Shown: positions 17,438 through 29,921, numbered from the whole stretch's first letter. The stretch is DNA of 35,540 nucleotides, filler included, from an uncultured bacterium (GCA_964372275.1; 11 parts of 11 records of this genome joined end to end with filler, not necessarily neighbours in it), one strand, 5' to 3'. Program-made: numbers and translations. The notes: generated by a model from the letters alone, not told the origin.

Positions 17438-18922
17438 CTACAGGAGGTTCCGCGCCTTGATCTCGAGGTAGCGGTTCACCACGGCGGTCGACAGCTCGTG
17501 CGGCGGAACGTCGAGCACCATCGCGCCGCGGGCGCGCAGACGCCGGAGGATCTCGCGTCGCTCCTGGAGCAGGTCCTCGGCGACGGCCCCCTCGAACGCC
17601 TGTTGTCCGGTGGTCGGGAGGGAGCCTGCGATCTCGGCGAGTGATGGATCGGAGAGCGCGATCACCAGCGGCAGGTGTTGCGGTGTGAGGAGCGGCAACG
17701 TTTCGAGGAGTCTGCGCGCGCTCTCGTCGTCGAGGAGGTCGGTGAAGAGCGCGACCAGGGAGCGACGCTTGGCTTTGGACTTCAGCTGCTGGAAGGCGGC
17801 TCCGAAGTCGGGCTCGCACAGCGACGGCTCGAGGTCGTGCAGCCCGTCGACGATCGCCGCCACCTGCGCGCGTCCGCGCTTGGGCGGCAGGAAGGCCCGC
17901 ACCGATTCGTTGAAGGCGAGCAACCCGACGCGGTCCTCCTTCAGGCAGGCGGTCTGCGCCAGCACCAGCGCCGCGCCGACCGCGTGGTCGAGCTTCGACA
18001 GGCCGAGGCGGCGGCGGCTCGTCACCGCGGCCGACATCATCCGGCCCGCCTCGACCAGGATCATGACGTTCTGACTGCGCTCCACCTGGTAGGTCTGGAC
18101 CAGGAGCTTTCCCGCGCGGGCGCTCGCCTTCCAGGAGATGTCGCGGAACTCGTCGTCGGTCTGGTACTCGCGCAGCGCATCGAACTCCGTCCCCTTTCCG
18201 CGGACGCGGGCCGGCTTGATCCCCAGCAGCGGGGTTCGGCGGCGGTGGAGCAGGAGTCCGACCCGCGCGGCGTCGCGGACGTTCGGGTAGACGTGCGTCT
18301 CGCCGGGAAGCGGCACGCTCGCCATCCGTCGCAGCAGACCCGGGGAGCGGGTGAGACGCAGGTCGACCGCTTCGAAGCGGTAGGCGCCCCGCTCGCTCGG
18401 CGTCACGTCGTATCGATGGACGGCGGTGCGTCCGGGGGGGAGGGAGAAGCCGGCCGGCTGGCGGCTGGGATGCAACCCCCAGGGAGCGCGATCGCGAACG
18501 TCGACGTGAAGCGGCACCGTCCCGAGGTTCCGGATACGGAGGGCGATCTCGTTCGGCGTGCCCAGCATCAGCCGCGCGGGCAGCTCCCGCGCGATCTCCA
18601 GACGGCCGGGACCGGGAAGGGCGAGGCGTTCGGCGACGCAGGCGATGGCGAGGAGCGCCGCCACCGCCGCCGCGCCGACCGGTCCGTACGGGGCGGCGAG
18701 GAGACCGGCCAGGCCGAATCCGGCGACGAACAGACTGCGGCGAAGGAGTGGCGCCCCGACGGGAGGGGTCTCGGCGGCGTCCGGACCGCGCACCGCCACC
18801 GCGATGGCGGCCAGGACGAGGAGCAGCGCCAGGAGAACCGCCAGTGTCTCCCGCGCCGCGCCGAGGCCAAGCCCCGCCGCGCCGGCGGCCGCGCACGCGA
18901 TGAGAAGGCGTCCGGGTACCAA
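17438..18922 (-). CDS. DUF58 domain protein (MoxR-associated)
   Basis: GTEFDALREYQTDDEFRDISWKASAR, GDRV-like EDRVGLLAF, RRSLVALFTD, YLEIKARNLL. Confidence 0.9.
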   Translation of the reverse strand: MVPGRLLIACAAAGAAGLGLGAARETLAVLLALLLVLAAIAVAVRGPDAAETPPVGAPLLRRSLFVAGFGLAGLLAAPYGPVGAAAVAALLAIACVAERLALPGPGRLEIARELPARLMLGTPNEIALRIRNLGTVPLHVDVRDRAPWGLHPSRQPAGFSLPPGRTAVHRYDVTPSERGAYRFEAVDLRLTRSPGLLRRMASVPLPGETHVYPNVRDAARVGLLLHRRRTPLLGIKPARVRGKGTEFDALREYQTDDEFRDISWKASARAGKLLVQTYQVERSQNVMILVEAGRMMSAAVTSRRRLGLSKLDHAVGAALVLAQTACLKEDRVGLLAFNESVRAFLPPKRGRAQVAAIVDGLHDLEPSLCEPDFGAAFQQLKSKAKRRSLVALFTDLLDDESARRLLETLPLLTPQHLPLVIALSDPSLAEIAGSLPTTGQQAFEGAVAEDLLQERREILRRLRARGAMVLDVPPHELSTAVVNRYLEIKARNLL

Positions 18923-18933
18923 CCAGGTTCGGG

Positions 18934-19926
18934 TCAGCGCGGCACCTCGACCGATTCGACCGCGCGCCGGATCGCGTCGTCCGGGCGGACCCCTTCGATC
19001 TCGGCTTCGGGCCGGAGGAGGATCCGGTGACGGAGGACCGGGACCGCCATCTCCTTCACTTCGTCCGGGCCGACGAAGAACTTCCCGCGGACGGCGGCCA
19101 GCCCCTTCGCCGCGAGCAGAAGGCCCACCGAGGCGCGCGGGCTCCCGCCGAGCAGGATGTCGTTCGACTCGCGCGTCTTCGCCACCACCGCGGTGACGTA
19201 TCGCAACACCCCCGCCTCCACCACGATCCCGCGCATCTCCGTCCGCGCGGCCTCGACCGCCGCCGGGTCGGCGACGGCGCGAACGCCGGCCGACTCGAGG
19301 TCGTGCGCGTTGAACCCGGCGTGCCAGCGGGAGAGGACCCGCTGCTCGTCCTCGGCGCTCGGGTATCCGACGACCACCTTCATCAGGAACCGGTCGAGCT
19401 GGGCCTCGGGAAGAGGGTAGGTCCCCTCGTACTCGACCGGGTTCTGGGTCGCGAGCACGGTGAACAGCGCCGGCAGCTCGTGTCGCGTCCCGTCGATCGT
19501 CGCCTGGCGCTCCTCCATCACCTCGAGCAGCGACGATTGCGTCTTCGCCGGCGCGCGATTCACCTCGTCGGCCAGCAGCAGGTCGGTGAAGACGGGACCC
19601 CGTCGCAGGGTGAACTGGTTCGCGCGGGCGTCCCAGACGTTGGTGCCGAGGACGTCGGCCGGCATCAGGTCGGGCGTGAACTGGATCCGCGTGAAGCGGG
19701 CGGAGATCGCCGCGGCAAACGCCTTCGCGAGCAGCGTCTTGGCCGTTCCGGGCACACCTTCCAGGAGCACGTGCCCCTCCGCCAAGAGCGCCACCAGCAC
19801 CGCCTCCAGCACCGGCTCCTGTCCGACGACCGCCTTCTCGACCTCGCCGCGGACCCTCTCCCAGAGGGCTTTCGCTTGGTGAGGGGCGGGATGTTCCGCG
19901 GAAGACGGAGGCGGGGGGATCGTCAC
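18934..19926 (-). CDS. MoxR family AAA+ ATPase
   Basis: HVLLEGVPGTAKT, RIQFTPDLMPADV, LLADEVNRAPAKTQS, ATQNPVEYEGTYPLPEAQLDRF. Confidence 0.95.
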   Translation of the reverse strand: MTIPPPPSSAEHPAPHQAKALWERVRGEVEKAVVGQEPVLEAVLVALLAEGHVLLEGVPGTAKTLLAKAFAAAISARFTRIQFTPDLMPADVLGTNVWDARANQFTLRRGPVFTDLLLADEVNRAPAKTQSSLLEVMEERQATIDGTRHELPALFTVLATQNPVEYEGTYPLPEAQLDRFLMKVVVGYPSAEDEQRVLSRWHAGFNAHDLESAGVRAVADPAAVEAARTEMRGIVVEAGVLRYVTAVVAKTRESNDILLGGSPRASVGLLLAAKGLAAVRGKFFVGPDEVKEMAVPVLRHRILLRPEAEIEGVRPDDAIRRAVESVEVPR

Positions 19927-19930
19927 GGGA

Positions 19931-20054
19931 GAAAGATGAAAATGGAGAATGGAAAATTCAAAATGGAAAACCGGTCAATGCCGGGCCCGTTCGATCCTCT
20001 CATTTGCCGGTTTTCCATTCTCCATTTTCCATTTTCCATTTTCAATTTTCGTTT
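19931..20054. repeat. Imperfect inverted repeat built from AAAATGG / CCATTTT heptamers
   Basis: Arms of about 50 nt around a 20-nt loop; inner ends aatggaaaaccgg / ccggttttccatt. Confidence 0.9.
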
Positions 20055-20482
20055 CGGCTCGGCCTCGCGTCGAGAACCCGGTGCGTCCGTCGCACGTCGC
20101 GCGCAAGGTCCAGCAGCTCGCGGTCGGTGATCGCCGCCGCCGCCGCCAGCTCCGCCGAGCGCTCCAGGGCACGGTAGGCCGGAGCGGCGGCGGTTGGCAT
20201 TCGATCGGCCAACAGTCGGAACGCCGCCGCCGCGGGCGTTCCCGCCGGGATCCCGACCCGCTCGCGCAGGCGGTGGCGCAGGGAGCGCTCGAGGACCCGC
20301 ACCGCGAATCGCCGGTGACCGGCCGCCCCGAGCAGCGCGGCGAAGGCGGTGACGAACTCGCGGGCGGTCCGCCGTTCGGGGGTCGCAGGCGGTCGAGGTG
20401 GTCCGAGGCGTCGCGTCCGGCGCCGCGCGCCTTCGAGAAGGAGCGCCAGCGCCGCGATCCACGCGGCAGGGAGCAGTCCGGC
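20042..20482 (-). CDS. Probable DUF4350-type membrane protein, C-terminal fragment (MoxR operon)
   Basis: Open to the contig edge: WIAALALLLEGARRRTRRLGPPRPPATPERRTAREFVTAFAALL; usual position upstream of MoxR and DUF58. Confidence 0.65.
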   Translation of the reverse strand, partial: AGLLPAAWIAALALLLEGARRRTRRLGPPRPPATPERRTAREFVTAFAALLGAAGHRRFAVRVLERSLRHRLRERVGIPAGTPAAAAFRLLADRMPTAAAPAYRALERSAELAAAAAITDRELLDLARDVRRTHRVLDARPSRNEN

Positions 20483-20582
20483 NNNNNNNNNNNNNNNNNN
20501 NNNNNNNNNNNNNNNNNNNNNNNNNNTTAATTAATTAANNNNNNNNNNNNNNNNNNNNNNNNNNNNNNNNNNNNNNNNNNNN

Positions 20583-20947
20583 ACGAGAAGGGCTTCTCCA
20601 TGGACGATGCCGACACGGTTCCCGGCGCGCCGGCATGGTCCGACGACCGCAGCACCGCGTCGTTCGCGCCGGCGGGCCCCCTCGGAGGCACTCCCGAACC
20701 CGGGGCCGACGCGGCGCACGCCGCCGCCGAGCGGACCACCGCATCGTTGCCGGGCGAGGTTCCGCCGGCCACGACCGCGACCGCCGATCCAGGAGCGCGC
20801 GCTCCCAAGCCGGCGACCGGGCAGGCGCTGCTCGACCGGTTCTTCGCGCGCGACCCGCGATCGACGGTGACGCGATCGACACCCTCGTGGCCGGCGACCG
20901 TCGCGCCCGATCGCGACACCGGCTCGGGCTCCGGCTCGTCGTCGTAG
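20583..20947 (+). CDS. Low-complexity Pro/Ala/Thr-rich C-terminal fragment of an unknown protein
   Basis: Open frame from the contig edge; no motif recognised. Confidence 0.4.
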
Positions 20948-20985
20948 AAGGAACGCACCGGTTCCTGCACAAACCTTGTAGAACG

Positions 20986-21004
20986 CCGCTCCAGGAGCGG
21001 TTTT
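20986..21004 (+). terminator. Possible weak intrinsic terminator
   Basis: CCGCTC-CAG-GAGCGG followed by TTTT. Confidence 0.35.
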
Positions 21005-21047
21005 GCGGCCTCATGGCCGTTGCGTCGCCATCGCGCCGCGCCGTACC

Positions 21048-21773
21048 ATGGAGGTGATGGTCGGCTCCGAACGAATCGATCTGCCGCAGTCGTTCGACGG
21101 GCTGATCGCGATCTTCGAAGTCGAGGCGCGCGACGTCGACGCCGCGATCGAAGCGGCGCGGGCCGGAGAGAGGCTCCTGCGTTTCGCGACCGATCCCGGC
21201 CGGCGCGCGCGCCTTCGCGCCGCCTACGCCTCCGCATCGCGCTCGCCGTGGCCGGTGCTGCGCGCGATCGCGGCGCACGGGATCCGCGCCATGTCCGCCG
21301 CGGTGGAGGACGCGCCGGTCCTCACCGAGTTGCTCACCGACGGAGACGCCACCGTCCGCGGCTCGGCGGCGCAGGCGCTCGCGGCGGTCGATCCGCTGGG
21401 CGCGGCGCCACGGCTGCACGCGCTGGCGCTGGCCGAGATCGTCGAGGGGCATCCACGCGAGGCGGCACGTGCCGCCGCGATGCTCGTCGACCTCGGATCC
21501 GACGAGCTCACCGAAGCCCTCTTCCGCGACGCCGCCGCCACCGCGCTCGACGGTGTCGAGCCGTCCCGCCGCCGCGCCGCGACCGCCGCCCTCGGAGCGC
21601 TCGCCACCCACGCGAGCCGCTGCGCCGCCGACGCATCCCGGGTTCTTCGTGCGCTCACCGACGCCGACGACGCCCGCCTCCGCCGCGAAGCCGTGACCTC
21701 CCTCGCGCGCCTCGAGCGACCGGCCGGTGCGCCTTCGCCGGCGACGCCCCGAAGCGAGCTCTTCGGCGGCTAG
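21048..21773 (+). CDS. HEAT-repeat-like protein (start 21048 or 21057)
   Basis: LTELLTDGDATVRGSAAQALA and LRALTDADDARLRREAVTSLA are HEAT/PBS-like. Confidence 0.7.
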   Translation: MEVMVGSERIDLPQSFDGLIAIFEVEARDVDAAIEAARAGERLLRFATDPGRRARLRAAYASASRSPWPVLRAIAAHGIRAMSAAVEDAPVLTELLTDGDATVRGSAAQALAAVDPLGAAPRLHALALAEIVEGHPREAARAAAMLVDLGSDELTEALFRDAAATALDGVEPSRRRAATAALGALATHASRCAADASRVLRALTDADDARLRREAVTSLARLERPAGAPSPATPRSELFGG

Positions 21774-22257
21774 CTTCCGAGCGTCCGGTCGAGCCGCACG
21801 TCGACGTCCCGCTCGCTCTCCCCTCCGCCGTCGGCGCCCGGGAAGATCGGGTTGAGGGCGAAGGCGCCGAAACGGTCCCCGTCCTTCGGACAGCGGAAGT
21901 CGGCCTGCTCGGCGTCCCCGACCTTCCACCAGGCGAAGACGTGCGCCTCGACCGCCTCGCCGGCGCCGCCCAGGGCGTAGCCGACGTCGGGATCGAAGTC
22001 GTCGTTCTCGACGCCGGAGAACTCGACGAAGACCGGAGTGCCGGCGGTGCAGTTCGGCATCCCGTCGACGACGAACTCGGTCGGGTAGGCGGCGATGTAG
22101 AGGGTATGCCGCGCCCCGTCGGGCGCCTCCTGCCCTTCCGCCACCGTGATCCGCCCCTCGATCCGCGTCTCCGGATCGCACCCGGCGGCGAGCAGCAGCG
22201 CGAAAAAGAGAGGCGCGCGGAAGTTCCGCGCGCCTTCGCTACGAGGCGGACGCCACA

Positions 22258-22258
<1 letters not shown>
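21770..22258 (-). CDS. Hypothetical lipoprotein
   Basis: MWRPPR...LFFALLLAAGC lipobox; ATG overlaps the pnp stop (TGATG). Confidence 0.7.
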
Positions 22259-23676
<1,418 letters not shown>

Positions 23677-23776
23677 NNNNNNNNNNNNNNNNNNNNNNNN
23701 NNNNNNNNNNNNNNNNNNNNTTAATTAATTAANNNNNNNNNNNNNNNNNNNNNNNNNNNNNNNNNNNNNNNNNNNN

Positions 23777-24345
<569 letters not shown>

Positions 24346-24378
24346 CGAGGCGGTGTCGTGCGGCCCGACCGCGCGCGC

Positions 24379-25044
24379 CTATTCGAACCACCGGGCCACC
24401 GGCGACCAGGCGTAGCAGCGCAGGCACTTGGTGTACTCCCAGTGCGTGCGGCATCGGGGGCAGGTGGCGTAGGTCGAAAAGAGCCGCCAGCGGTGCCCGC
24501 AGGCGCACTGCCAGATGTCGTCGAGTTTCGGGGGCTTGTGACACGACGGGCATCGCGGGCCCGTTTCCGCCTGGGGGCGGCCCAACTGCGGGGACTCGCG
24601 TGTACGGCTCAGGCGGCTTTCCCGCGAGGGTCGTGATCGTGACGCACGTGTCGGCGAGGTGTTCTCGGCGACTTTCTGCAGTGCCGACCGCTCGGGCCCA
24701 CCGGGCGGTGGAGTCGGCGACGGGGCGCGCACGCGCCGGAGCTGGGAGAGCTCGCGCGAGTCGAACCAGACGCCGCGACAGGCTTCGCAGTGTTCGAGGC
24801 GATAGGCGGGATCGAAGAGGTAGCCCTCCCGCATCGCGCCGCCGCAGCGCGGGCAGCGGAAGGCCGCCGGCTTCTCGTCCTGCAGACCGCGCGCGAGCGC
24901 GACGCGCAGCGCCTCGGGCTGGTCGGTGAAGGCATCGAGCTCCTTCGCGTCGACCCACGCTCCGCGACACCGCGTGCAGAAGTCGATCGTCTCCCCTTCC
25001 GACTCGATCTCCTGCAGCGTACGGCGGCAGCGGACGCACTCCAC
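24379..25044 (-). CDS. Multi-zinc-ribbon protein (two zf-TFIIB-like ribbons plus a Cys-rich C-terminus)
   Basis: CVRC...IDFCTRCRGAWVDAKEL; CPRC...CEACRGVWFDSREL; CPSC, WQCACGH, CPRC, CLRC. Confidence 0.8.
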   Translation of the reverse strand: MECVRCRRTLQEIESEGETIDFCTRCRGAWVDAKELDAFTDQPEALRVALARGLQDEKPAAFRCPRCGGAMREGYLFDPAYRLEHCEACRGVWFDSRELSQLRRVRAPSPTPPPGGPERSALQKVAENTSPTRASRSRPSRESRLSRTRESPQLGRPQAETGPRCPSCHKPPKLDDIWQCACGHRWRLFSTYATCPRCRTHWEYTKCLRCYAWSPVARWFE

Positions 25045-25383
25045 GGACGTCAGGATACCGCGTGTCAAGGGGTCGCTCGCGCGTTTCGCAAACGATCCGG
25101 ATCGTGTTCGGAGTCGGGGTGCGCCCCCCCCGAAAGTGCGACGTGCGTTTCGCGTCGCGTGTCGATCGGGTACGGCGGATCGCGGCCTTGGAATCGAAGT
25201 GATGGGGGGCTTCGGTGGCCGGGATCGTGCAGTGGAATCGGGTCGGAACCCGGGATCGCAAACGTCCAGTCCCCTTGAACGGGGCCGCGGTCGTGGGGCA
25301 CACCCAATAGATCCGTCGCGTCACGGACTCGTTCGATCGCCGGGATCCGAGAAGAAGCGAAAATCGCCTTTCAAAACGACACC

Positions 25384-25425
25384 CGAGGCACGCGCGCCAA
25401 ATGGCCCGCGTGCCTCGACGTTTTT
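25384..25425 (+). terminator. Stem-loop with T-tract upstream of the glgC promoter region
   Basis: CGAGGCACGCG-12 nt-CGCGTGCCTCG then ACGTTTTT. Confidence 0.5.
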
Positions 25426-25508
25426 GCGCTCTTGACTTCGATCGGGACGGCGAGGGTTAAAGGGCCCGGGGTTTCGGGGGGGTCCCCGACGGCCCGAAGG
25501 GCTTCGAC

Positions 25509-26738
25509 ATGCGGGTGCTGGCAATGGTGTTGGCGGGTGGCGAGGGTCGGCGGCTGGCCCCGCTGACGCGCGATCGCGCCAAGCCGGCCGTCCCGTTTGG
25601 CGGTCGGTACCGGATCGTCGACTTCGTCCTGTCGAACCTGGTCAATTCGCGGATCTTCCGCATCAACGTGCTGACCCAGTACAAGAGCGAATCGCTCAAC
25701 CGCCACCTGGCACGGGCGTGGGCGATGGCGACCAACATCGGCCACTACGTCGCCTCCGTTCCGGCGCAGCAACGGACGGGTACCGGCTGGTACCAAGGCA
25801 GCGCCGACGCCATCTTCCAGAACTTGAACCTGATCTCCGACGAGAAGCCGGACCTGGTCGCGGTCTTCGGCGGCGACCACGTCTACAAGATGGACCTCCG
25901 GCAGATGATCGACTTCCACGCCGCGCGGGGGGCCGACGTCACGGTGGCGACGATCCCGGTCCCCTTGGAAGAGTCGCGAAGCTTCGGCGTTTGCACCGTC
26001 GATTCCGCGAACCAGATCGTCTCCTTCATGGAGAAGCCGAAGTCGGCCAAACCGATGCCCGGCCGCCCGACGCACTTCCTGGCCTCGATGGGGTCGTACC
26101 TGTTCAACACCGACGTCCTGGTTCGCGAGGTGAAGCGGGACGCGCGGGAGCCGACCAGCCAGCACGACTTCGGAAAGGACATCCTCACCTCGATGATCGA
26201 CCGCTCGAGGGTCTTCGCCTACGACTTCGCCACCAACGTCGTGCCCGGCATGGAAGAGAAGGAGCGCGGGTACTGGCGCGACGTCGGAACGATCGAGTCC
26301 TTTTTCGACGCGAACATGGAGCTGATCGGGGTCGAGCCGACCTTCAACCTCTACAACCAGCGGTGGCCGATCTACTCCGCGAGCCTCAACAGCCCGCCGG
26401 CGAAGTTCGTCTTCCGCGATGCGAAGAAGGGGCGGGTCGGTCAGGCGCACGACTCGCTAGTCTCCGGCGGGGTGGTCGTCTCGGGCGGCACCGTCCTCCG
26501 CAGCATCCTCTCCCCGTACGTGCGCGTGAACTCCTACAGCCACGTGGAGGACTCGATCCTCCTCGAAGGCGTGAACGTCGGCCGCTACGCGAAGCTCCGG
26601 CGGGTGATCGCCGACAAGAACGTCGACATCCCGCCTCGGACGGAGATCGGCTTCGACGCGGAGAAGGACCGTGCCCGCGGATTCACGGTCACCGAGACGG
26701 GGATCACCGTGATCCCCAAGGCGATGAAGATCCGGTAG
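25509..26738 (+). CDS. glgC: Glucose-1-phosphate adenylyltransferase
   Basis: [62 protein letters not shown]. Confidence 0.97.
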   Translation: MRVLAMVLAGGEGRRLAPLTRDRAKPAVPFGGRYRIVDFVLSNLVNSRIFRINVLTQYKSESLNRHLARAWAMATNIGHYVASVPAQQRTGTGWYQGSADAIFQNLNLISDEKPDLVAVFGGDHVYKMDLRQMIDFHAARGADVTVATIPVPLEESRSFGVCTVDSANQIVSFMEKPKSAKPMPGRPTHFLASMGSYLFNTDVLVREVKRDAREPTSQHDFGKDILTSMIDRSRVFAYDFATNVVPGMEEKERGYWRDVGTIESFFDANMELIGVEPTFNLYNQRWPIYSASLNSPPAKFVFRDAKKGRVGQAHDSLVSGGVVVSGGTVLRSILSPYVRVNSYSHVEDSILLEGVNVGRYAKLRRVIADKNVDIPPRTEIGFDAEKDRARGFTVTETGITVIPKAMKIR

Positions 26739-26752
26739 GGGCGGGCCAGGCC

Positions 26753-26836
26753 TTGGCGAACGCGCTCGACGTCTGCTTCCTCTGGCACATGCACCAGCCG
26801 TGCTACCACGACGCGGCGACGGGGGAGTCCATCCTC
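26753..26836 (+). CDS. Glycoside hydrolase family 57, N-terminal fragment
   Basis: LDVCFLWHMHQPCY matches the first GH57 conserved region. Confidence 0.8.
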
Positions 26837-26936
26837 NNNNNNNNNNNNNNNNNNNNNNNNNNNNNNNNNNNNNNNNNNNNTTAATTAATTAANNNNNNNN
26901 NNNNNNNNNNNNNNNNNNNNNNNNNNNNNNNNNNNN

Positions 26937-27430
26937 GAAGGGAAGGCGAAGGAGAAGGAGAAGGAGAAGGCGGAGGAGAAGGAGGAGGAAAGGGGAAGGG
27001 AAGGGGGAAGGGGGCGCCGCGGGAGGCGACGGGGCCGGGGAGAGGGGGGACGGAGGCGGGGAGGGGGACGTCGAAGTACGAGGATGAGGGGTACAACGCG
27101 GGGAGCGGGCCGCAGCTCGATCGGCAGCGGGAGACGAGCGGGGATTGGCGGAAGGCGTACGAGCAGGCATACAAGGCGGCGCGGACCGAAAAGGCGAGGC
27201 TCCACGACGCGCGGGTTTCGGGGGCGATGGGCGAGGGGGAGTCGGAGCAGGTGGAGATCGAGGGGGCGCCGCAGAGGAACGAGGCGCGGGAAGCGTTCGT
27301 CGACGTGCCGGCGGGATACCGTGAAGCGGCGGAAGAGGCGGTGGGGAACGAGGAGATCCCGGTCGAACACCGCGAACGGGTGAAGGCGTATTTCGAATCG
27401 CTGTCGGGCAACCGCCCGGCAGAGGACTAG
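26937..27430 (+). CDS. C-terminal fragment of a MoxR-operon protein with Gly/Glu-rich linker
   Basis: EGEGEGEGGG low complexity; ends EEIPVEHRERVKAYFESL. Confidence 0.7.
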
Positions 27431-27456
27431 GGCGTTCGGAGAGGAACGGGCGAGCG

Positions 27457-28491
27457 ATGCCGGAATCGATCGAGAAAGAGCTGGAGGCCTTCCGCGCCGA
27501 CTTCGCGCGGCTGCAGGCGGAGGTCGGACGGGTGATCGTCGGGCAGCGGGAGGTGGTCGAGCAGACGTTGATCGCGCTCGTCGCCGGCGGACACGTGCTG
27601 CTCGAAGGGGTGCCGGGGCTCGGCAAGACGCTGCTGGTGCGGACGATCGCCGACGCGGTGTCGCTGTCGTTCTCGCGGATCCAGTTCACCCCCGACCTGA
27701 TGCCGGCCGACATCCTCGGTACGAGGGTGATCGTCGAGAACGAGGCGGGGGCGAAGCAGTTCGTCTTCCGGGCGGGGCCGGTCTTCGCCCACGTGCTGCT
27801 CGCGGACGAGATCAACCGCGCCACGCCCAAGACGCAGTCGGCGCTCTTGGAGGCGATGCAGGAACAGACGGTCACCGTCTTCGGCGAACAGCACCGCCTG
27901 CCGCACCCCTTCCTCACCCTCGCCACGCAGAACCCGCTGGAGCAGGAGGGGACCTATCCGCTGCCCGAAGCGCAGCTCGACCGCTTCTTCTTCAAGGTGC
28001 TGGTGCCGCGTCCGGCGCACGCGGAGGTTCTGGAGATCTGCGATCGCACCACCGGGACGGTCACACCCCGGGCAGAGAAGGTGATCGACGGTCCGCGTCT
28101 GCTGGCGATGCGGGAGCTGTCGCGCCGGATCCCCGTTCCCCAGCCGGTGAAGGACTACGCGGTGCGGTGCGTCCTCGCGACGCACCCGCGCGCCTCGGGA
28201 GGCATCGACGCGGTGGAGCGGTTCGTGCGCTACGGCTCGAGCCCGCGCGGCGCCCAGGCGCTGATCCTCGCCGCCAAGGTGCGGGCGCTGGTGCACGGGC
28301 GCACCAACGCCGCCTTTGAGGACGTTCGGCTGCTCGCCAAGCCGGTCCTGCGACACCGCACGCTGGTGAACTTCGAAGCCGAGGCGGAGGGTCGGACCTC
28401 CGACTCGATCGTGGAGGAGGTCCTCGCCAACGTGAAGGAGGTCGGGGACGAGGTGGCGGCGATCGCGCGCGACGGGGCCCGGCGCGCGTGA
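27457..28491 (+). CDS. MoxR family AAA+ ATPase
   Basis: HVLLEGVPGLGKT, RIQFTPDLMPADI, DEINRATPKTQSALLEAM, GTYPLPEAQLDRF. Confidence 0.95.
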   Translation: MPESIEKELEAFRADFARLQAEVGRVIVGQREVVEQTLIALVAGGHVLLEGVPGLGKTLLVRTIADAVSLSFSRIQFTPDLMPADILGTRVIVENEAGAKQFVFRAGPVFAHVLLADEINRATPKTQSALLEAMQEQTVTVFGEQHRLPHPFLTLATQNPLEQEGTYPLPEAQLDRFFFKVLVPRPAHAEVLEICDRTTGTVTPRAEKVIDGPRLLAMRELSRRIPVPQPVKDYAVRCVLATHPRASGGIDAVERFVRYGSSPRGAQALILAAKVRALVHGRTNAAFEDVRLLAKPVLRHRTLVNFEAEAEGRTSDSIVEEVLANVKEVGDEVAAIARDGARRA

Positions 28492-29821
28492 CGAACCGGG
28501 CGCTCGCGTGGTCCCTGGTCGCGTGGCTCCTTCCGTTCGCCGGGGCGCGGGCGGAGTCGACGATCCGCGTCTCTGCGCGCGCGGGGATCGGCGGGGTGGT
28601 GCGGGCCGACACCTGGACCCCGCTCGTCGTGGAGGTGGAGAACGGCGGAGCGCCCGTCGACGCGGTCGTCGTGGCCCGCTACGCCGAGAGCTACGGGGGG
28701 CGCGACCAGGTGCGGGAACCGGTCGGGCTCGCCGCCGGAAGCCGGAAACGGCTCACGCTCCCCTTCCGCGTGCGGCAGGGGCCGCAGGAGATCGAGATCG
28801 CCGTCGAGGACCGCCGCGGTCGCCCGCTGGTCTCCGTGCCGCTTCGGGTCGACCCGGCCGGTTCCGACACGGTGCTGGTCGGGGTGGTCGGCGGACGGAC
28901 CGATCCCGGGTTGCGGGGCCTGGTCACCCCGACCGTGCGCGTCGTCGCCGTCGACCCGGAGGAGCTCCCCGACCGGTGGCCCTCTCTCGAAGCGTTCGAC
29001 GCGCTGGTGCTGCGCGACCCCGACGGCGCCCAACTGGGCCCGTCGCGCATCGAAGCCCTGCGTCGCTGGGTCGCGGCCGGCGGGATCCTCGCCGTCACCG
29101 CCGCCGAGCGCTGGCGTTCGATCGACGCCCCCGCGCTGCTCGAGCTCCTGCCGGTGCGCCTGATCGGCGTGCGGACGATCGACGCCGCCCTCCTCCCCGC
29201 TCCGTGGGGGCTGGGATCGGGGGAGGTCGCGGTCGCCGTCGCCTCGTCCTTGCGCGGCGACACGCATTTCGCGATGCCCGACGACGCCAAGCCGCTCGTC
29301 GCCGAAGGTCGTTTCGGTCTGGGTCGCGTCGCCTTCCTCGGCTGCGATCCGGGGAGCGTTCCCGGCGTGCCGTCCGAGGAGACGGCGGCGCTCTGGAGCG
29401 CCGTCCTGCGCCTCCCCCCCGAGCTGCCGGAGGATCCCAGCGGCGCCTACGGCTACACCACGTCGCGGCAGCTGGTGCAGCAGGAGCTGTCCCGCATTCC
29501 GCCGTTGAAGCCGCCGTCTGTCTTCCTGGTGGCGGCGCTGATCGGACTCTACGTGCTGGTGGTGGGGCCGGGGGACTACCTGCTGCTCAAGCGGCTGGGG
29601 AGGCCGAACCTGACCTGGATCACCTACCCGGCGGCGATCTCCGCCTTCTCCGGGCTCCTCTACCTCTACGCCCGTGTCACCCGATCCTCCGACATGCAGG
29701 TGCGGACGATCTCGGTGGTCGACGTGGCGGTGGTGCCGCCGACCGCCCCGTCCCCGGCGCGCGTCTTCGGCGGGGTCTACTCGCCGCGCGCCGGCTCGTA
29801 CGACGTGGAGATCGAGGGGGA
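28488..29821 (+). CDS. MoxR-associated membrane protein (signal, Ig-like and glutamine-amidotransferase-like domains, TM pair), 3'-truncated
   Basis: WTPLVVEVEN, ELPDRWPSLEAFDALVL, ALRRWVAAGG, LYVLVVGPGDYLLLKR...WITYPA. Confidence 0.75.
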
Positions 29822-29921
29822 NNNNNNNNNNNNNNNNNNNNNNNNNNNNNNNNNNNNNNNNNNNNTTAATTAATTAANNNNNNNNNNNNNNNNNNNNNNN
29901 NNNNNNNNNNNNNNNNNNNNN

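Noticed and set aside
25065..25324. Small minus-strand ORFs upstream of the zinc-ribbon gene
   Set aside because: No recognisable motif or RBS; treated as intergenic
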